A stretch of 16,713 nt of DNA from an uncultured Myxococcales bacterium (lineage in GTDB: Bacteria; Myxococcota; UBA4151). Under the pieces are notes generated by a model. That model searched no databases, had not been told where the DNA came from, and was given only the letters and a program-made list of their open reading frames with translations. Position numbers and translations under genes: made by a program. Location of the stretch: contig CAXGWI010000073.1 in assembly GCA_964013405.1 (NCBI GenBank), forward strand, positions 1-16,713, written 5' to 3'. Below, in pieces: positions 16,569-16,713 of this stretch (the first letter of the stretch is position 1; each line of letters starts with the position of its first letter).

Positions 16569-16589
16569 TTGGCTCCTAACTTAGGGCTT

Positions 16590-16678
<89 letters not shown>

Positions 16679-16713
16679 AACAGTTCAAATGACGGGCTCT
16701 GCTACCCGCGCAA

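Overview
GC-rich bacterial chromosome segment, probably Myxococcota/deltaproteobacterial (inferred from the Myxococcus-type Cys-rich/RCC1 protein and the gene content). It is mostly housekeeping: a peptidoglycan-recycling module (ldcA, beta-lactamase-fold serine hydrolase, mpl) flanked by two paralogous secreted calcineurin-like phosphoesterases with degenerate metal sites, then gpsA, sthA, a radical SAM gene, dnaX, tRNA-Ser(CGA), tRNA-Ser(GGA), SRP RNA, an RCC1-repeat putative lipoprotein, tadA, tRNA-Arg(ACG) and tRNA-Ser(GCT). Unusual parts: (1) a lower-GC block at 1-760 with a 33-bp hairpin tandem repeat, an orphan domain fused to a ribosomal protein bL12 C-terminal domain, and a tRNA-fMet 3' fragment; (2) an isolated tmRNA 3' end at 7452-7478; (3) a tRNA-tRNA-ffs cassette opposite in orientation to tadA and dnaX; (4) an apparently internally deleted nitroreductase/IYD-like ORF coupled to tadA. 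All calls come from motif recognition by eye; no searches were run.
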